From Thermodesulfobacteriota bacterium (GTDB lineage Bacteria > Desulfobacterota_D > UBA1144 > Nemesobacterales > UBA2774): a stretch of 64,000 nt of DNA. A program made the translations under genes and the position numbers. The notes below the pieces were generated by a model that did not search any database, was not told the DNA's origin, and saw only the letters and a list, made by a program, of their open reading frames with translations. The stretch spans positions 1,641,856-1,705,855 of the forward strand of contig OZ244991.1 in the NCBI GenBank assembly GCA_965223335.1. Direction: 5' to 3'. Of this stretch, positions 1 through 10,734 are shown one piece after another (the first letter of the stretch is position 1; every line of letters starts with the position of its first letter).

Positions 1-867
1 GCCAAGAACATGGTTGGGCGTACCCCCGGGTCAATCAAAGCTATCCGTCCGCTTAAAGACGGTGTAATCGCTGACTTTGATGTCGCCCAAAAGATGCTTG
101 AGTACTTTATAAGAAAAACCCATAATAACCGTAAGAGCTTTGTGAGACCCAGGATCATCGTGTCTGTACCAATAGGGATTACAGAGGTTGAAAAGAGGGC
201 CGTGAAAGAGTCTGCAGAGGCTGCTGGAGCTCGCGAGGTCTACCTGATAGAGGAAACAATGTCTGCCGCGATCGGAGCGGGAATGCCCGTGACAGAGCCC
301 GCTGGGAATATGGTAGTCGATATCGGCGGGGGCACCACAGGTGTGGCAGTGATCTCGCTTGCGGGCATAGTCGTGAGCAAGTCCATCAAGGTCGGGGGCG
401 ACAAGATGGACGAGTCGATCCTCCAGTATGTTAAACGCAACTACAATATGCTTATCGGTGAGAGGACTGCGGAAGAGGTTAAACAGAAGCTGGGTAAAGC
501 GCTTGGTAACGGTGACATGGGTTCGATGAGTGTTAAGGGCCGAGACCTTAGAGCCGGTATACCAAAGACCATAGAGATTACATCCGAAGAGGTAAAAGAA
601 GCACTGTCCGAGCCTATAGCCGCAATTGTTGAGGCTATCAAACAGACGTTGGAACGCACACCACCCGAGCTAGCTGCCGACATTGTCGATAGCGGTATCG
701 TGTTGACAGGCGGAGGTGCGCTGTTGGGTAACCTAGACGAGTTGATCAAAGACGAGACCGGTCTGCCTACTGGCAAGGCCGAGGACCCGTTGACCTGTGT
801 GGTGCTTGGGTCCGGGAAAGCCCTAGATGAGCTTGATTTGCTAAGAGAGGTCAGTATGGAGTATTGA
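1..867 (+). CDS. mreB: Rod shape-determining protein MreB, 5'-truncated by the window edge; the reading frame is open from nt 1
   Basis: Actin-like ATPase sequence (NMVGRTPG, DIGGGTT, LTGGGALL). The frame continues upstream of the first Met at nt 10. Confidence 0.9.
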   Translation, partial: AKNMVGRTPGSIKAIRPLKDGVIADFDVAQKMLEYFIRKTHNNRKSFVRPRIIVSVPIGITEVEKRAVKESAEAAGAREVYLIEETMSAAIGAGMPVTEPAGNMVVDIGGGTTGVAVISLAGIVVSKSIKVGGDKMDESILQYVKRNYNMLIGERTAEEVKQKLGKALGNGDMGSMSVKGRDLRAGIPKTIEITSEEVKEALSEPIAAIVEAIKQTLERTPPELAADIVDSGIVLTGGGALLGNLDELIKDETGLPTGKAEDPLTCVVLGSGKALDELDLLREVSMEY

Positions 868-916
868 TTCCATACGCTCCAAAGGTATAAGCGATATATA
901 AGTCAATTGATACGAA

Positions 917-1744
917 ATGAGGTTTTTAATCCGCCACCCCATTATAGTTGTTTTGATACTCTTTCTGTTCGGGGTACAGCTTTCCTCTCAAGACTATAAC
1001 GATACAAGCAAAGACAGTTTTTTCTCGGGCATTGTGCTTCGGGTTACTTACTACCCTCAAAAATTCGTCAACTACACAACTGACAAGGTAGTCACTACAT
1101 GGCAAAACTACATGGAAATCGTCGATGTGAACAAAGAGAATGCAAAACTTAAAGAAGAGATCCGCATCTTAAAACAGCAAAATTTCGCACTCAAAGAGGT
1201 CGAGAGACAAAACGTAAGGCTTACCAAGCTGCTCGAGCTCACCGAAGCCACACCCTATCCCGTAGTGTCCGCAAACGTAATCGCCGGCAGCCCATCGGCC
1301 ATCAGGTCAGAGGTGATTATTATTGACAAGGGCTCGTCGGACGGGCTTAGGACGGGCATGCCAGTCGCATCCCTGGGGGGTGTGGTCGGACGTGTATTTA
1401 TGGTTGGCAAGTCAAGCTCCGAGGTTATTCTAATCACCGATCCCCTAAGCGCTGTAGACGCCTATGTGCACAGAACCCGTGCCAGGGGCATAGTGAAGGG
1501 CAACGGAAATCAGTGTGTGATGGAGTATGTAGAGAAGATGTCCGATGTGAGTAAGGGGGATAAGATTATATCCTCTGGCAAAGACGGGTTTTTCCCCAAA
1601 GGAGTCCTCATAGGTACAGTTCATGAGATCAATGCCGATGGAGGGTTTGTAAACGCTTCGGTGGTACCGCACATGGATCTGAACTCTCTCGAAGAGGTGG
1701 TTATCATACTCAAAACCGTGGATAATATCGTGTTAAATGAATAA
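917..1744 (+). CDS. mreC: Rod shape-determining protein MreC
   Basis: N-terminal TM helix, a coiled-coil segment (ENAKLKEEIRILKQQNFALKE) and the C-terminal MreC beta-domain (IDKGSSDGL..GMPV). It lies immediately downstream of mreB. Confidence 0.85.
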   Translation: MRFLIRHPIIVVLILFLFGVQLSSQDYNDTSKDSFFSGIVLRVTYYPQKFVNYTTDKVVTTWQNYMEIVDVNKENAKLKEEIRILKQQNFALKEVERQNVRLTKLLELTEATPYPVVSANVIAGSPSAIRSEVIIIDKGSSDGLRTGMPVASLGGVVGRVFMVGKSSSEVILITDPLSAVDAYVHRTRARGIVKGNGNQCVMEYVEKMSDVSKGDKIISSGKDGFFPKGVLIGTVHEINADGGFVNASVVPHMDLNSLEEVVIILKTVDNIVLNE

Positions 1745-2225
1745 CTCGTCTTCCTTAGTATTATATGTTCTCCTATCCATACTATTTATAGCTCTTCAGA
1801 CCACACTAATATCGCCCAGGTATTTCGGCTACGCTTACCCCGATCTAAACCTCATACTTATTGTTTACCTTGCAATATATTCCGAGGCGCGGGGCACAGC
1901 CCTAATAGCTTTGGGCAACGGGTTTATGATGGATGTGCTCACCGGCAATATGCTCGGTGCCTTCACGTTCTCAAGGTTTAGCGCCTATGTGCTGCTAAAA
2001 AGCATCTCACATCATGTATACATGAAGAGGGCCAGTGCCAAGGGTGCCGCTTTATTTCTAAGTACTATCTTTTCTGAGCTATTTATTTGGGCTATACTGG
2101 CAATTAAGCAACGAAACCTAAACGTGGAGATGGATGGTATTATTATCCAGGCGGTTGTAAACACATTAATTGGGCTGCCCATATTTTGGGCTATAAACAA
2201 AGTAGATGCAAGATTACAGAAGTAG
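1737..2225 (+). CDS. mreD: Rod shape-determining protein MreD (polytopic membrane protein)
   Basis: A 162-aa hydrophobic protein with multiple TM helices between mreC and mrdA. Its start overlaps the mreC stop by 8 nt. Confidence 0.7.
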   Translation: MNNSSSLVLYVLLSILFIALQTTLISPRYFGYAYPDLNLILIVYLAIYSEARGTALIALGNGFMMDVLTGNMLGAFTFSRFSAYVLLKSISHHVYMKRASAKGAALFLSTIFSELFIWAILAIKQRNLNVEMDGIIIQAVVNTLIGLPIFWAINKVDARLQK

Positions 2226-4017
2226 ACTAGTAATTGCGACTATCGTATTGATTCAGGCGTTTTTGATACTGGGGGGAAGGCTTTGGTACCTCCAGATATT
2301 TAAGGGCGCTGAATACGAGAAATTCTCCAGAGACAACAGGATCAGTATAGAGAGGGTCCCGGCACCTAGGGGAAGGATCTTGGACAGAGAGGGTAGGGAG
2401 CTTGTTGTGAACCGCTCTTCGTTCGATGTGTATGTACTGCCCAAGGAGGTAAGTGATCCGGATCAGGTAGCTGCCTCACTGGCACCTGTGCTCAATGTCG
2501 AACCCAAGACGATTAAGAAACAGATTTTGGATGCCGGGAAAAAAGACAGGTTCCAAACCCACCGCATAGCACAGGACATTAACCGTGACCAGCTTGCGTA
2601 TATCGAGGCCCGCAAGAGCTCATTAAAAGGTGTACAGATCCTTGTAAACAGCATCAGACAGTACCCCTACGGTAACCTGGGAGCTCAGATCATAGGCTAT
2701 CTGGGCAAGGTGAGCCCACAAGACCTGCGCGCAAACCCGGGGATGTCGGGCTCGGATTTCGTCGGCAAGAGCGGGGTGGAAAAAGGGTGGGAGACCTACT
2801 TGCGAGGGGACGACGGCTACATACAATCGGTAACCGACGCTCTGGGCAGAGAGGTGGAATCCGCACTATTTCAAAAGGACCTTATTAAGAAAAACAGTCT
2901 ACCTGGCAACGATGTGGTGCTCACGATTGATATAAATTTACAGAGGGCCGCAGAAGAGGCCCTGGGTACCCAAAACGGCTCTATCGTGGTGGTAAACGTA
3001 AATAACGGCAACGTGCTGGCACTGGCCAGCAAGCCCACATTTACACCCGAGGAATTTATAAACGGCATCAAAAAAGAGAAGTGGGATAAATTATTGAAAG
3101 ATAAATCCTACCCGCTGGTTAACCGGAGCACACAGGGGCTCTATGCCCCGGGCTCGGTGTTCAAAATAGTGCCAGCGGCCGCTGCATTAAAAGAAGAGCT
3201 TGTTACCACAGATACCTATATCCACTGCCCGGGATATCATAAGGTGGCTGAACATACGTTTAGGTGTTGGAAACGAAGTGGGCACGGCTGGATGAACCTC
3301 CACGACGCCATGGTCGAGTCATGCGACGTCTATTTTTACAAAGTAGCCGAGAAGCTTGGTATAGACCGACTCCACCGCTATATGAAAGGGTTTGGGTTCG
3401 GGGAGTACACGGGCATAGGCATAGAAGAGAGAAAGGGCTTAGCGCCCAGTAGAGAGTGGAAGAAGCAAAAGCTCAACAAACCCTGGTACAAGGGCGAGAC
3501 AGTCGTAAGTTCAATAGGTCAGGGCTATGTAAATGTTACCCCGCTTCAGGTTACGATGATGACCGCGGCAGTTGCAAACGGCGGGGTGCTTCTAAAGCCC
3601 TCGATCGTAAAAAGGGTCGTGGATTACAAGAGTGAAAACAAGGTCGAATACAGTGCCAAGGCCAATAAATACATCCCCGTAGGTAGTGAAATAACCCAGA
3701 CATTAAGGGATGCTCTAACGGGTGCGGTGAATGATCCGGGAGCTACAGGACGGAGGGCTTGGCTTCCTCATGTAAAAGTAGCGGGCAAGACCGGGACGGC
3801 CCAGGTCATCTCGTTAGATACAAAAAGCAATGTAAACAGACACAGGGATCACGCATGGTTTACATCATATGCACCTGCCCAGGAGCCCGATATCGCTGTT
3901 ACGGTAATAGTTGAGAACGGGGGCAAGGGTGGGGAGGTAGCGGCACCCATTGCAAGGGATATTATTAAGTTTTATATGAAACTAAAGCGAGAGGGCTACT
4001 TCGATGATAATGTTTGA
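2206..4017 (+). CDS. mrdA: Penicillin-binding protein 2 (peptidoglycan D,D-transpeptidase)
   Basis: PBP dimerisation plus transpeptidase domains with the SVFK (SxxK), SxN-like and KTGTA motifs. It overlaps the mreD end by 20 nt. Confidence 0.9.
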   Translation: MQDYRSRLVIATIVLIQAFLILGGRLWYLQIFKGAEYEKFSRDNRISIERVPAPRGRILDREGRELVVNRSSFDVYVLPKEVSDPDQVAASLAPVLNVEPKTIKKQILDAGKKDRFQTHRIAQDINRDQLAYIEARKSSLKGVQILVNSIRQYPYGNLGAQIIGYLGKVSPQDLRANPGMSGSDFVGKSGVEKGWETYLRGDDGYIQSVTDALGREVESALFQKDLIKKNSLPGNDVVLTIDINLQRAAEEALGTQNGSIVVVNVNNGNVLALASKPTFTPEEFINGIKKEKWDKLLKDKSYPLVNRSTQGLYAPGSVFKIVPAAAALKEELVTTDTYIHCPGYHKVAEHTFRCWKRSGHGWMNLHDAMVESCDVYFYKVAEKLGIDRLHRYMKGFGFGEYTGIGIEERKGLAPSREWKKQKLNKPWYKGETVVSSIGQGYVNVTPLQVTMMTAAVANGGVLLKPSIVKRVVDYKSENKVEYSAKANKYIPVGSEITQTLRDALTGAVNDPGATGRRAWLPHVKVAGKTGTAQVISLDTKSNVNRHRDHAWFTSYAPAQEPDIAVTVIVENGGKGGEVAAPIARDIIKFYMKLKREGYFDDNV

Positions 4018-5128
4018 CCGCAGGTTGCTAAGCAACTACGGCTGGTCACTCTTATTGATGATTTTATTGTTTGCTGGCGTGTCTCTGATAAACCTCTACA
4101 GCGCCTCATTCCAAACAGGCCTCGGTGTGTTTAAAAAGCAGTTGATATGGGTCGGTATAGGTGTAGTCGGTATGATTTTTGTGTCGTTCCTTAACTATAG
4201 GATGTTTGAACGCTACGCGCTGTATATATATGGTATATCCATTCTATCGCTTGTATTGGTGCTATTGCTCGGCAAACAGGTCGCAGGGGCAAAAAGCTGG
4301 TTACAGATCGGGGCATTTGCAACTGTGCAGCCGTCTGAGTTTGCAAAGCTGGCTGTGATAATAGTCATGGCCCGTCTCTACGACAGGGACTATCAAAACG
4401 ATGCCTACGGGATTTTGGATTTGATAAAACCTCTCGGATTTGTACTGCTGCCTCTAGTGCTTGTCATGCTGCAGCCCGATTTGGGGACAGCACTTGTATT
4501 GGTGCTTATTGCTGCTAGCATGCTTGTGTTTATGGGTATTAAGAGGACCACGTTGGCAATAGTTTTGGTCTGCGTAGTCAGTCTCTCATTCCCGACTTGG
4601 CAGTACTTCCTCAAGGATTATCAGAAGGACAGGATTAAAACGTTCTTAGACCCCTCGCGCGACCCCCTGGATGCGGGCTACAACGCTATACAGTCACAGA
4701 TAGCTGTGGGCTCTGGGAAGTTTGCCGGCAAAGGGTTTACAAAAGGCTCACAGACCCAGCTCCGCTTTATACCGGCCCAGCAGACCGACTTCGTGTTCTC
4801 TGTGTTTGCCGAGGAGTGGGGTTTTATGGGTGGGATATTCGTACTCCTATTGTATTTCATCATAATCCTCTGGATACTCGATGCGGCTAGCAGGGCAAAG
4901 GATAAGTTCGGGATGCTCGTCTGTTTCGGTGTGGCCTCGATGTTCTTTTGGCATATGGTCATAAACATCGGTATGGTGATCGGGCTCCTGCCGGTCACAG
5001 GGGTCCCGCTATTGATCATGAGCTATGGAGGCTCGTCCGCACTCACTGCCATGCTAGGCATTGGACTCGTGTTGGCTGTAAAAGCAAGAAAATCGCCAAT
5101 GTCAGCAAACCTGATCGAACTCAAGTAA
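4004..5128 (+). CDS. rodA: Peptidoglycan glycosyltransferase RodA (SEDS family)
   Basis: FtsW/RodA/SpoVE-type 10-TM protein in the canonical position after PBP2. It overlaps the mrdA stop by 14 nt. Confidence 0.9.
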   Translation: MIMFDRRLLSNYGWSLLLMILLFAGVSLINLYSASFQTGLGVFKKQLIWVGIGVVGMIFVSFLNYRMFERYALYIYGISILSLVLVLLLGKQVAGAKSWLQIGAFATVQPSEFAKLAVIIVMARLYDRDYQNDAYGILDLIKPLGFVLLPLVLVMLQPDLGTALVLVLIAASMLVFMGIKRTTLAIVLVCVVSLSFPTWQYFLKDYQKDRIKTFLDPSRDPLDAGYNAIQSQIAVGSGKFAGKGFTKGSQTQLRFIPAQQTDFVFSVFAEEWGFMGGIFVLLLYFIIILWILDAASRAKDKFGMLVCFGVASMFFWHMVINIGMVIGLLPVTGVPLLIMSYGGSSALTAMLGIGLVLAVKARKSPMSANLIELK

Positions 5129-6101
5129 CTCTACGTTTATTAAGTTGCGAGATATCGGGTATACCCCCCAGACTCTCTGCGGTCTCGATTGCGCGCATTA
5201 TAGAGTGCTCTATCAGCTCCGCGGCCACAACCCCCACAGCGTTTGCGTCCGAGGGCTCCTCCCCGCATGATATTGCAAACACCACGTCCCCGTCTGCCAC
5301 TGTGTGAACTGGCGAGACCACCCTTGCCATCCCGGTCTGTCCGATCCCTGCAATCCTCATAAGCTCGTTTTTAGAGAACTCTGCATTGGTAGCTATAACG
5401 GCAAGTGTAGTGTTGATCGGGTCGTCTGCCCTTTGGGTTATCCCCTGTTTAATCAGGTTAACGGTGCCCGGGAAATCCACGCCGTCGGGTGAGTTCCTAA
5501 CACCTGCGATAACCTCGCCTGTGTTGTTAGAGATAACATCCCCAAACGCATTTACAACCACAAACACCCCCACATAAACGTCAGAGTCGTTGATTCTATG
5601 GCTCATGGTCCCCACGCCTGATTTCGTAGCATGACTGATTCCAAGCAACTTGCCCACGGTTGCACCTGTACCCACACCCACACTGCCCTCGGCTACAGCT
5701 TGAGACGACGCATTCACACAAGCGCTATAGCCCATATCTGCATCGGGCCTGACCGAGCCGTCCCCTATGCCCAAGTCAAATATCACCGCGGTGGGCACAG
5801 ATGGTACTACTTGGCCATAGCCGACATCGAGTCCGATCTTTTTTTCTTCGAGGTATCGCACAACCCCGCTCGATGCATCGAGCCCAAAAGCACTACCGCC
5901 CGTAAGCAGTATTGCATTTATTCTTCCATAGGTGTTGTGTTGCAGGAGCGAGTCGATCTGTCGGGTGCTGGTACCCCCACCCCTTAGGTCTGCTGCCCCT
6001 GTTGCAGGGGTCTCAGAGATTATTACTGTGCATCCGGTGACCGAATCCGGATCACTGGCGTGTCCGACTCTGATTCCAGGCACATCGGTGATAGAACCCA
6101 T
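5121..6101 (-). CDS. P1-family (DmpA/L-aminopeptidase, S58) peptidase
   Basis: Gly/Ser/Thr-rich Ntn-hydrolase-like sequence typical of DmpA/ArgJ-fold peptidases (GIRVGHASD..GCTVII). It is convergent with rodA and the two overlap by 8 nt. Confidence 0.7.
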   Translation of the reverse strand: MGSITDVPGIRVGHASDPDSVTGCTVIISETPATGAADLRGGGTSTRQIDSLLQHNTYGRINAILLTGGSAFGLDASSGVVRYLEEKKIGLDVGYGQVVPSVPTAVIFDLGIGDGSVRPDADMGYSACVNASSQAVAEGSVGVGTGATVGKLLGISHATKSGVGTMSHRINDSDVYVGVFVVVNAFGDVISNNTGEVIAGVRNSPDGVDFPGTVNLIKQGITQRADDPINTTLAVIATNAEFSKNELMRIAGIGQTGMARVVSPVHTVADGDVVFAISCGEEPSDANAVGVVAAELIEHSIMRAIETAESLGGIPDISQLNKRRVT

Positions 6102-6171
6102 ACCTAAATTCTAATTTATTCGGAGCATTTGCCAAATTCCCCCCGCCATTATACTAAGTGTATAAGCACTC

Positions 6172-6199
6172 TTGACACATAGACTCAATCGGCTAAAAT
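6172..6199 (+). promoter_or_regulatory. Candidate sigma-70 promoter for the sco-cox operon: TTGACA-N16-TAAAAT
   Basis: Near-consensus -35 and -10 hexamers with a 16-nt spacer in the AT-rich 267-nt intergenic region, about 170 nt upstream of the sco start. Confidence 0.4.
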
Positions 6200-6368
6200 C
6201 ATGCACGTTTTGTTGATATCCGAGTAAATAGAATGTATCTACCCATAAAAAGGTTAATTAATTTAAACTTTTTCAATCCCTGATTATATGAGAGTAGAGA
6301 CCCGGGTTACATGAGCATTGATATCAAAATATTGTTTGTTTAATTGAATTAAGTTTTGCTAGGGTATT

Positions 6369-7211
6369 ATGGTGACTACAGGTCAAATGAAATCCGATAT
6401 TCTCATAATTAATACGCTGCTCTTTGCAGTTGTAGCACTTTTTTTAACTACGCAATTTTCCCTTGCAATTACCGATGCCAGGAAAGTAAAGAATGTGGGG
6501 ATTAATGAAAATCTGGGTCAGATTGTTCCGTCCGATATAGAGTTATTAGACGGGGATAACACGAGAGTACAGTTGGGAGACTATCTTGGGGACAAACCCC
6601 TGGTGCTTAACCTTGCTTACTATAACTGCCCGAGGATTTGCTCGTTGGGTACCGACGGTTTGGCCGAGGTTGTGAACTCAACACCTACTTTAAGCGCTGG
6701 AGAGGATTATAATCTGCTCACGGTAAGCTTTGACCCCGAGGACACCCCCCAGGATGCGAAATCCAGGGCATCTAAATATAAATTGAGTGAAGATGATATG
6801 GACTGGAGTTTTTTAGTCGGCAACAGTGCCGAGATTAAGAGACTCACATCTGCGCTTGGGTTTAACTACATGAAGGACGGAGAGGAATTTGCACACCCCT
6901 CCGCTATTTTTGTGCTCACACCAGACGGCGAAATATCACGTTATCTATATGGTATTGAGTACAGCCCAACCGATTTCAAGCTCGCTTTGGTCGAGGCCTC
7001 CGAGGGTGAGATAGGCCCGTCCAAGATAATGAACCAGGTGCTTTTGTTTTGCTACGGATTTGACCCTATAGGCAAGCGGTATGCATTAAAAGCCCTAAAT
7101 GTAGTGAAAGCAGCGGGTGTCGTTACACTTATAAGTCTAGGCGGATTTTTAACGTTTTTTTGGAGACGAGAAAAGAACGATTCTGATAGTTACGGAGGTT
7201 CTAAGGACTGA
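6369..7211 (+). CDS. SCO1/SenC family copper chaperone (thioredoxin fold)
   Basis: N-terminal TM anchor, a CPRIC (CxxxC) copper-binding motif and a downstream conserved His. It is the first gene of the oxidase operon. The start may instead be the Met at 6387. Confidence 0.8.
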   Translation: MVTTGQMKSDILIINTLLFAVVALFLTTQFSLAITDARKVKNVGINENLGQIVPSDIELLDGDNTRVQLGDYLGDKPLVLNLAYYNCPRICSLGTDGLAEVVNSTPTLSAGEDYNLLTVSFDPEDTPQDAKSRASKYKLSEDDMDWSFLVGNSAEIKRLTSALGFNYMKDGEEFAHPSAIFVLTPDGEISRYLYGIEYSPTDFKLALVEASEGEIGPSKIMNQVLLFCYGFDPIGKRYALKALNVVKAAGVVTLISLGGFLTFFWRREKNDSDSYGGSKD

Positions 7212-8152
7212 TGACCTGGATTCCTGAAGTTGCATCTAATCTTGCAGGCAAAGTAGACGGAGTGCTTATGTTTATCACGGCACTTACCCTCGTGTTTTTT
7301 GTTCTTATATCGGTTCTCCTGGTCTATTTTGCAGTAAAGTACAGAAGAAGAAGCGATAATGACGAGACCCCTTATATTACAGGCAACGAGACTCTCGAAA
7401 TCATATGGACACTTGTTCCCACAGTTTTACTGATCTGTATTTTTATCTATGCGTTTGTTGTCTATAAAGATATGCGGACTGTCCCTGCAGATGCAGTAGA
7501 GGTAACCGTTACAGGAAAGCAGTGGTTATGGGAGTTTGAGTACTACAACGGCAAAAAAGACATAAATAGACTTGTAGTCGAACAGAACCGGCCTGTTAGG
7601 ATGGTCATGAGGTCTGATGACGTGCTACACAGCTTCTATGTGCCCGGGTTTAGGGTAAAGCAGGATCTGCTGCCCGGCCGCTACACTCAGCTTTGGTTTA
7701 CACCCACAAAGGTGGGTACGTTCAAACTGTTCTGTGCCGAGTACTGTGGTACTGCACACTCAAACATGCTGGCCGAGGTGGTTGTTATGAGCCCCGAGGC
7801 CTATGATATTTGGGAAAAAGGCGTAGGTGTCGACGACGACGAGGCTGTGGCAGATGCTAAGCCCACTGCAGAGCTGGGCGAGAAGGTATACACACAAAAG
7901 GGTTGTAATGCGTGCCACAGCATTGACGGCAGTGTGGTAATAGGGCCTAGTTTCAAGGGGCTTATAGGTAGGTCCACAACACTTGATGATGGCACTACTA
8001 TTACAGCGGATGAAAACTATATAATGCAGTCGATAATCGAGCCCCAGTCACAGATAGTAGAGGGTTTTCAGCCCATTATGCCGGCGTTTAAAGGCAACAT
8101 TACAGATAAAGAAGTAGATGCATTAATAGCTTATATAAAAACACTAAAGTAA
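7211..8152 (+). CDS. coxB: Cytochrome c oxidase subunit II with a fused C-terminal cytochrome c domain (caa3-type)
   Basis: Two N-terminal TM helices, the CuA site (H..CAEYCG..H..M) and a C-terminal CNACH heme-c binding motif. Its ATG overlaps the sco stop (TGATG). Confidence 0.9.
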   Translation: MTWIPEVASNLAGKVDGVLMFITALTLVFFVLISVLLVYFAVKYRRRSDNDETPYITGNETLEIIWTLVPTVLLICIFIYAFVVYKDMRTVPADAVEVTVTGKQWLWEFEYYNGKKDINRLVVEQNRPVRMVMRSDDVLHSFYVPGFRVKQDLLPGRYTQLWFTPTKVGTFKLFCAEYCGTAHSNMLAEVVVMSPEAYDIWEKGVGVDDDEAVADAKPTAELGEKVYTQKGCNACHSIDGSVVIGPSFKGLIGRSTTLDDGTTITADENYIMQSIIEPQSQIVEGFQPIMPAFKGNITDKEVDALIAYIKTLK

Positions 8153-8180
8153 CGATTGATAGTTAAGGAGGGGTTTGTTC

Positions 8181-9794
8181 ATGGCAAATCATACGGTTGC
8201 CGAACCTGTTTATGTTCCGTTTCTTGAGAAAAAGGGGATAGCCTCTTGGATCTTATCCACTGATCATAAGCGTATCGGGATCATGTATCTGGTCTCGATC
8301 ATATTGTTCTTTATTGTCGGTGGAGCGTTGGCCATGCTCATGAGGTACGAGCTCCTTACCCCTGCCCAGGACCTTGTTAGTGAGCACACATACAATGTTC
8401 TATTTACATTGCATGGATCAATAATGGTCTTTTTCTTTATCATCCCGGGTCTTGCGGCCAGTTTCGGCAATTTTTTAATACCCCTTATGATAGGTGCGCC
8501 CGATGTGGCGTTCCCTAAGTTGAATTTGGGGAGTTATTGGATCTATTTGTTGGGTGCTGTGATTGTTCTCATAGCATTGTTAAGCCCTGCAGATACAGGT
8601 TGGACGTTTTACACCCCTTATAGCGCGCAGACCGATACCGACGTTGTGTTGATTACATTCGGGGTCTTTGTGCTAGGGTTTTCATCGATTCTGACCGGAC
8701 TTAATTTTATCGTTACAATACACAAGATGCGTGCGCCGGGGATGACTTGGCACAGGTTGCCACTGTTTATCTGGGCCTCTTACGCCACGGCTATATTACA
8801 GCTCTTAGCGACCCCAGTTGTGGGTATAACACTCTTGTTGCTCATAACCGAGAGGACGCTCGGAGTAGGGTTTTTCGACCCGGCAAAGGGCGGGGACCCG
8901 GTACTGTTCCAAAACTTTTTCTGGTTCTATTCTCACCCCGCCGTTTACATCATGATTATCCCGGCAATGGGCGTGATTTCCGAGATAATACCTGTGTTTG
9001 CACGTAAGCCCATTTTCGGCTATAAAGCGATTGCTTATTCCAGTTTAGGGATCGCGTTCATAAGCTTTTTGGTATGGGCACACCACATGTTTACAGCGGG
9101 AATTTCCGAGCTTGCGGCCACAATATTTTCGTTCCTCACGTTCCTGGTTGCTATACCTACCGCGATCAAGGTGTTTAACTGGATAGCGACTCTGTATAAG
9201 GGCTCTATTGAGCTTCACTCCGCTATGCTCTATTCGCTGGGTTTTCTATTCTTGTTCACCATTGGTGGGCTTACCGGGCTCTTCCTGGGTGCTTTAGCCT
9301 CCGATATACACCTTCACGACACATACTTTATTGTTGCTCATATGCATTACGTTATGGTCGGCGGCACTGTAATGGGATTCATTGGGGCGCTTCATTTCTG
9401 GTACCCAAAATGGTTTGGCAAGATGTTCAACGAATCGGTTGCCAAGGTTGCCTGGTTTCTCATCTTCGTTGGTTTTAACGTTACATTTTTCCCGCAGTTC
9501 TTCCTAGGGATTCAGGGTATGCCCAGGCGCTATGCGACCTACCCCGAGGAGTTCGAGTCATTGATGGCGCTTTCCACATACGGTTCGTGGATCCTAAGCA
9601 TTGGGTTTATATTGATGTTGTGGAACCTGGTTTCCGGCTTGTTCAGTGGAGAAAAAGCACCGGATAATCCATACAAATCGCTGTCTTTAGAGTGGCAGGT
9701 ACCCTCACCCCCGCCGCACGAGAATTTTGACGAGATACCAAAGGTGACGGACTGGACTTACGGATACGGAAAAAAGAGCGGGTCGGAGGCTTAA
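8181..9794 (+). CDS. coxA: Cytochrome c oxidase subunit I
   Basis: 12-TM heme-copper oxidase core with the conserved His ligands. The start is taken at the ATG 9 nt after an AAGGAGG RBS; the track's TTG at 8175 sits too close to the RBS. Confidence 0.9.
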   Translation: MANHTVAEPVYVPFLEKKGIASWILSTDHKRIGIMYLVSIILFFIVGGALAMLMRYELLTPAQDLVSEHTYNVLFTLHGSIMVFFFIIPGLAASFGNFLIPLMIGAPDVAFPKLNLGSYWIYLLGAVIVLIALLSPADTGWTFYTPYSAQTDTDVVLITFGVFVLGFSSILTGLNFIVTIHKMRAPGMTWHRLPLFIWASYATAILQLLATPVVGITLLLLITERTLGVGFFDPAKGGDPVLFQNFFWFYSHPAVYIMIIPAMGVISEIIPVFARKPIFGYKAIAYSSLGIAFISFLVWAHHMFTAGISELAATIFSFLTFLVAIPTAIKVFNWIATLYKGSIELHSAMLYSLGFLFLFTIGGLTGLFLGALASDIHLHDTYFIVAHMHYVMVGGTVMGFIGALHFWYPKWFGKMFNESVAKVAWFLIFVGFNVTFFPQFFLGIQGMPRRYATYPEEFESLMALSTYGSWILSIGFILMLWNLVSGLFSGEKAPDNPYKSLSLEWQVPSPPPHENFDEIPKVTDWTYGYGKKSGSEA

Positions 9795-10400
9795 ATGTCA
9801 CACGCAGATACAGAACACGCACACGTACATCAAATGGACCCGGCAGTTGAGTACAGCTCATCAAAGCTAGGAATGTGGCTATTCCTGGGTACAGAGGTTC
9901 TTTTATTCGGGGGGCTCTTTGCGGCCTATGCGATTTTTAGGGCACGTTACCCCGAGGTGTTCATCGAGGACCACAAGGAACTAAATCGTATAATGGGAGC
10001 TGTGAACACATGCGTACTTATATTCAGTAGTTTGACAATGGCTATGGGTGTGTCTGCGATTAAAAAGGGCAAACAAAAAGCGGCTGCATTATTTCTGCTG
10101 ATCACAATAATATGTGGGCTTGGTTTCGGTGTGGTTAAGTATTTTGAGTACGGGGCAAAGTTTGCACACCATATCTACCCGGACACAAGTATTTTCTTTT
10201 CTCTATACTTTCTAATGACTGGGCTTCACATGCTCCACGTCTTTGTCGGTATAGCGATACTTGTGGTACTTTTAGTATTAACGGTTAAGGGGAAATTCAG
10301 CTCCTCGTATAACACGCCTATTGAGGTCGGGGGTTTGTATTGGCACCTTGTAGATTTAATATGGATTTATTTATTTCCGCTATTGTATTTGATCGGTTGA
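9795..10400 (+). CDS. coxC: Cytochrome c oxidase subunit III
   Basis: A 201-aa polytopic membrane protein with the conserved subunit III C-terminus, adjacent to subunit I. Confidence 0.85.
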   Translation: MSHADTEHAHVHQMDPAVEYSSSKLGMWLFLGTEVLLFGGLFAAYAIFRARYPEVFIEDHKELNRIMGAVNTCVLIFSSLTMAMGVSAIKKGKQKAAALFLLITIICGLGFGVVKYFEYGAKFAHHIYPDTSIFFSLYFLMTGLHMLHVFVGIAILVVLLVLTVKGKFSSSYNTPIEVGGLYWHLVDLIWIYLFPLLYLIG

Positions 10401-10416
10401 ACGGAGGTATTATCAA

Positions 10417-10725
10417 ATGACAACAGATGCTCATGCACATGAAGAACATGTAACTGGGTACACGACTTATGTAATTGTGTGGATTATACTCATGGTACTC
10501 ACGTTTATTACGGTTTACGTGTCGTATATAGATTTCGGCATGTTAAACGTAGTGATTGCAATGGTTGTTGCGTCTATAAAAGCATCGATTGTCGCTCTTT
10601 ATTTTATGCATCTTAAGTTCGAGGACTCGATTACATGGGTGTTCGCACTTTTCCCCCTCACTCTGCTCGCTCTACTTATAGGGATGACTATACTCGACAC
10701 TTTCACAAGGGTAGTTGTTCCCTAA
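10417..10725 (+). CDS. Cytochrome c oxidase subunit IV (small bacterial caa3/aa3 subunit)
   Basis: A 102-aa three-TM protein following subunit III. Its size and position fit the prokaryotic CoxD/CtaF subunit. Confidence 0.7.
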   Translation: MTTDAHAHEEHVTGYTTYVIVWIILMVLTFITVYVSYIDFGMLNVVIAMVVASIKASIVALYFMHLKFEDSITWVFALFPLTLLALLIGMTILDTFTRVVVP

Positions 10726-10734
10726 GAATTCTCT

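Noticed and set aside
240-776. Minus-strand ORFs of 66 and 111 aa inside mreB
   Set aside because: They are antisense to a highly conserved actin-like gene and have low-complexity, Pro/Ser-rich translations typical of GC-biased antisense frames.
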